The notes under the pieces: model-generated
Database searches by the model: none
What the model saw: the letters and a program-made list of their open reading frames with translations, nothing else
What the model was told of the DNA's origin: nothing
From: a virus
Lineage: Duplodnaviria > Caudoviricetes
Virus record (IMG/VR): IMGVR_UViG_3300033067_002145
Coordinates: 1-41,004 of that record
Direction: 5' to 3' (one strand)
Length of the DNA stretch: 41,004 nt
Made by a program: the position numbers and the translations under genes
In this document: positions 38,469 to 41,004 of the stretch, one piece after another
Layout of the letters: each line of letters opens with the position of its first letter
Position numbering within the stretch: position 1 is the first letter of the stretch

Positions 38469-38882
38469 ATGTCTGACCGCTGGGTAGAGCTCGACCGTGA
38501 GATTTCGGTGTCCGGTAACACCCGGAGACTCCGTGTCTCTGTGGCCAGTACATCCCACAACATGGACCCAAAGCTGTTCCTGTACTTGGCATTACCGCCA
38601 AACCCTGACACGGATGTGCAGATCGCCGAGCCCCAAGGGGTCTGCAGTCCGACTGACCTGGTAGACTATCCGGCAGACACCCCGGCTCCGAATGCCAGTC
38701 CGGCGTGGTTCCGCCACCATGTGGTGGACTACCTGCTGCCATCGGCGGTCGAGATGGAAGACGCTTGGAATCAGATCCTGAAAGAGGTCACCGCCCTGAT
38801 CGATGCCCTCAACGCCTTGGACAATCTGCAACCGTCTGGTACGTTCTATGTCGGATCTGTCCCCAGTTCGGAGTCTGTGTGA
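38469..38882 (+). CDS. Hypothetical protein
   Basis: 137 aa with an agggga RBS. Confidence 0.55.
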   Translation: MSDRWVELDREISVSGNTRRLRVSVASTSHNMDPKLFLYLALPPNPDTDVQIAEPQGVCSPTDLVDYPADTPAPNASPAWFRHHVVDYLLPSAVEMEDAWNQILKEVTALIDALNALDNLQPSGTFYVGSVPSSESV

Positions 38883-39163
38883 TGGCTCTCGTTTTGGACA
38901 ACGCCGCAATCGCCCAGATGCTGGCTCAGCCCCAAGTGTTCGGGACGATCCCATGCCTGCGAGAACCACCCCGAAAAGAGGCCGGCTGCGGCCAGTGTGG
39001 TCCGTCCGCTCAGGTCGATTACAACGCAATCAAGGCTTGCCTGGCCGGGCTGGCTCCTGAGTATGTTCTGCAGCTGAAACAGTTGCTTGGCGTCCGTGAA
39101 ATCCACGTCTTCCGTGCCACGTCCCACCGTGGCGGGCGGGCCGCCGTTCTGCACAAGATGTAG
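38882..39163 (+). CDS. Small CxxC-containing hypothetical protein
   Basis: ATG 38882 overlaps the upstream TGA; 93 aa with 'GCGQCG' and two more Cys. Confidence 0.5.
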   Translation: MALVLDNAAIAQMLAQPQVFGTIPCLREPPRKEAGCGQCGPSAQVDYNAIKACLAGLAPEYVLQLKQLLGVREIHVFRATSHRGGRAAVLHKM

Positions 39164-39165
39164 AC

Positions 39166-39192
39166 TAAACTTAGACCAAAAACGGGTCATAA
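39166..39192 (+). promoter_or_regulatory. Candidate sigma28-like promoter TAAA-N15-GGTCATAA
   Basis: AT-rich patch. Spacing equals the FliA consensus TAAA-N15-GCCGATAA with a 5/8 match at -10; the implied start near 39199 coincides with the first hairpin. Confidence 0.3.
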
Positions 39193-39196
39193 ATAC

Positions 39197-39440
39197 TTGG
39201 TGAGAGCCTTTAGGTTTTCATCCAACGGGTGCATCCCGTTCGCCTGCGCTAACATCGCAAATCAATGTGGTGTGCAGGCTCCTCGGCCAGTGGGAAGTTT
39301 CTCTGAGCCATCCGCCGGTATGACAAGACCGGTTTCCGCGGCCACTAGGCTGCAGCAGCCTATGTGTTGGGAACCCGCCAATCAAGTGGGAAGGGTGTGA
39401 TGAATCACCCATCGGTATCGTCCGGGCAATTGCCCGAACT
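39197..39440 (+). ncRNA. Candidate structured non-coding RNA
   Basis: Chain of at least six hairpins, several with G-U pairs that work on the + strand; no convincing CDS. Confidence 0.45.
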
Positions 39441-39443
39441 TTG

Positions 39444-39513
39444 ACCCCGGTCGTGTTGCAAGTGCACGACCGGGGTTTTTCACTTGCCCACTTGCAAAAG
39501 GATTTTGATCATG
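39444..39513 (+). repeat. Leader repeat copy 1 (hairpin + T5 + CACTTGC x2 + RBS + ATG)
   Basis: 12-bp stem 39444-39455/39465-39476 with loop TTGCAAGTG; near-identical to the copy at 40339. Confidence 0.9.
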
Positions 39514-40230
39514 GATACACATATTGTAGGCTTTCTGGTCGGTGCCGCTGTTCAGTTGCTCATCGCCGCTTTGCTTACAGCCACAATGGGTATTTTTTGG
39601 GCTGTTCGTGACAGCGTGGCCCAGCGAAAAGCTTTGAAGAAAGCGTGGTCAGGGCTGGAGGAGACCCACTCACACTTCCAAGATTCTGTCGAGTTCGCAC
39701 GAACGGCGTGGGCTCTCCCCGCGGACTATGCAGACTGGTTCACCACGGATCGGTTCACAGTCCACAGCCCGCGAAGTCTCAATTCCGCCGGAGAGTCCCA
39801 GTCTCCGCTGCACCGCATCATGTGCGGTGGACACCCGGCAGACTTGGATCAGCTTTTCTACTGGGGCAGCCCCCGCTATCGAGAAGCCGTTGCCCATGTC
39901 CTGACGAACCAGACCAAGGACTCCGTGGAAGCACTGATCGAGAAAATGACAGGGGGCTACTGGGAGCCGATGCGACGGACACTGCAAACGGCCTTGGTCG
40001 AGGGTCTGGTCGGGTTGGAGCCGGACTTCAGTCACCTACGCTTGGAGTACCCGGAGGTCGAGGATGAAGACGACGAAGATGACGATTTTGATGACGATTT
40101 TGATGACGACGATGACGATTTCGATGACGATTTCGGAGATTACGACGATGACGATTTCGATGACGACGATTTCGATGACGACTTTGAAGATGACGACGAG
40201 GATGAAGATTTCGACGACGATATTGACTGA
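39511..40230 (+). CDS. Membrane-anchored protein with an Asp-rich C-terminal tail
   Basis: ATG 39511 follows aaagga. N-terminal hydrophobic helix; about 55-aa D/E tail with periodic Phe. Confidence 0.7.
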   Translation: MDTHIVGFLVGAAVQLLIAALLTATMGIFWAVRDSVAQRKALKKAWSGLEETHSHFQDSVEFARTAWALPADYADWFTTDRFTVHSPRSLNSAGESQSPLHRIMCGGHPADLDQLFYWGSPRYREAVAHVLTNQTKDSVEALIEKMTGGYWEPMRRTLQTALVEGLVGLEPDFSHLRLEYPEVEDEDDEDDDFDDDFDDDDDDFDDDFGDYDDDDFDDDDFDDDFEDDDEDEDFDDDID

Positions 40231-40272
40231 CCGTAGTCCGGTCTAGAAGCGACCTACGCTTGGAGTACCCGG
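40034..40272 (+). repeat. 21-bp exact direct repeat ACCTACGCTTGGAGTACCCGG (40034-40054 and 40252-40272)
   Basis: Read directly from the sequence; brackets the Asp-coding tract and the stop codon. Confidence 0.85.
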
Positions 40273-40338
40273 TCGCGAGATCTGTCGAAGAGCTTGTTTA
40301 ATCTGTGAGTTGGAGCCTGTCGGCTTAAACTCAAACAG

Positions 40339-40408
40339 GCCTCGGTCGTGTTGCAAGTGCACGACCGGGGTTTTTCACTTGCCCACTTGCAAAAGGATTC
40401 TGACCATG
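40339..40408 (+). repeat. Leader repeat copy 2
   Basis: Same ~70-nt unit; the stem substitutions give G-U pairs; ends at ATG 40406. Confidence 0.9.
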
Positions 40409-40873
40409 AAATCTATGCTGACCTGCGCTGCCCTGTTGGCCCTCGTGTTTTCCGCAATGTTTGCCGCAAATTCCGTATTCGTCTCCAGCCAGCTCCACGC
40501 AGCGGACACGGAGGAGGTCTACGAGACCCCCAGCGATCGGACCGTGTACGTTGTAACCAACTGGCTCAACACAGAACGAGCCCGGACACTGGCTGATCTG
40601 CACGAAGCCGACGCCTGTCCAAAAGATTGTTCTCCCGCCGAGTGGCGAGAACTGCGACGCAGTTTGTTGGCTATCTCTATCATCGGCGGCGAGCAGAAGA
40701 TGGTCCGAGGACTCTTGCAGATGGCCCGACGGCGAGAACGTGAAACCGGACGGTCCGAACTACTGTCGATTATCCGTTTCCGTTTCGGGACGCACGAGCT
40801 GATCAAGTTCGAGCCCACGACACCACGGACCTACGAGGAAGCGATACTCGCGATACAAAATCTGACCAAGTAA
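40406..40873 (+). CDS. Hypothetical secreted or membrane protein
   Basis: ATG 40406 follows aaagga. Signal-peptide-like N-terminus MKSMLTCAALLALVFSAMFAA; 155 aa. Confidence 0.65.
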   Translation: MKSMLTCAALLALVFSAMFAANSVFVSSQLHAADTEEVYETPSDRTVYVVTNWLNTERARTLADLHEADACPKDCSPAEWRELRRSLLAISIIGGEQKMVRGLLQMARRRERETGRSELLSIIRFRFGTHELIKFEPTTPRTYEEAILAIQNLTK

Positions 40874-40919
40874 CTTGGTCTCCGTCTGCGGGTTTGGCAC
40901 GGTGGCCTGACCCAATCGA

Positions 40920-40992
40920 GCCCCGGCCGTGTTGCGAGTGCGCGGCCGGGGTTTTTCATTTGCACTCACTTGCAAGTTCGGAGTTTGTCATG
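40920..40992 (+). repeat. Leader repeat copy 3 (diverged)
   Basis: Stem 40920-40931/40941-40952 with a compensatory T-A to C-G change, T5, CACTTGCAA, ggag RBS and ATG 40990. Confidence 0.85.
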
Positions 40993-41004
40993 CATGTATC
41001 TGTC
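40990..41004 (+). CDS. Probable start of the next cassette ORF (3'-truncated)
   Basis: ATG at the position equivalent to the other two leader copies; only five codons are visible. Confidence 0.35.

Noticed and set aside
39197-39412. Small ORFs 39197-39400 (+) and 39218-39412 (-)
   Set aside because: No RBS and no coding-like composition; the region is better explained by its dense secondary structure.
40034-40272. Diversity-generating retroelement TR/VR pair or IS target-site duplication
   Set aside because: The repeat is only 21 bp and exact, with no adenine-specific mismatches; no reverse transcriptase or transposase is in the window.
39444-40992. CRISPR array
   Set aside because: The repeats are about 70 nt and separated by 500-830 nt containing whole ORFs, not 30-40 nt spacers; no cas genes are present.
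1-41004. Alternative genetic code or stop-codon recoding
   Set aside because: Genes tile densely under the standard code, and TAA, TGA and TAG all act as stops at sensible boundaries.

Overview
This is a GC-rich (roughly 60% by eye) window, with all credible genes on the + strand. It reads as the virion morphogenesis module of a large contractile-tailed (myovirus-like) phage or prophage. Gene order: 3' end of a head gene, scaffold-like and head proteins, probable major capsid protein, a glycosyltransferase, neck and tail-completion genes, tail sheath, tail tube, gp5/VgrG-like spike, a tail assembly chaperone pair with a likely -1 frameshift, tape measure, baseplate genes interrupted by a sigma-70-family factor, five paralogous Cys-rich distal proteins, a collagen-like fibre and a second (GT9+GT2) glycosyltransferase. 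After about 39.16 kb the architecture changes to an AT-rich promoter-like stretch, about 240 nt of stacked hairpins (candidate ncRNA), and small unrelated ORFs each preceded by the same ~70-nt hairpin/pseudoknot leader. Other notable signals are four copies of the perfect palindrome AATTTCCGGAAATT at gene junctions and a strong K-x-A motif enrichment in head proteins. No terminase, portal, integrase, tRNA, rRNA or CRISPR array is visible. All product calls come from motifs and synteny read by eye; no database search was run.
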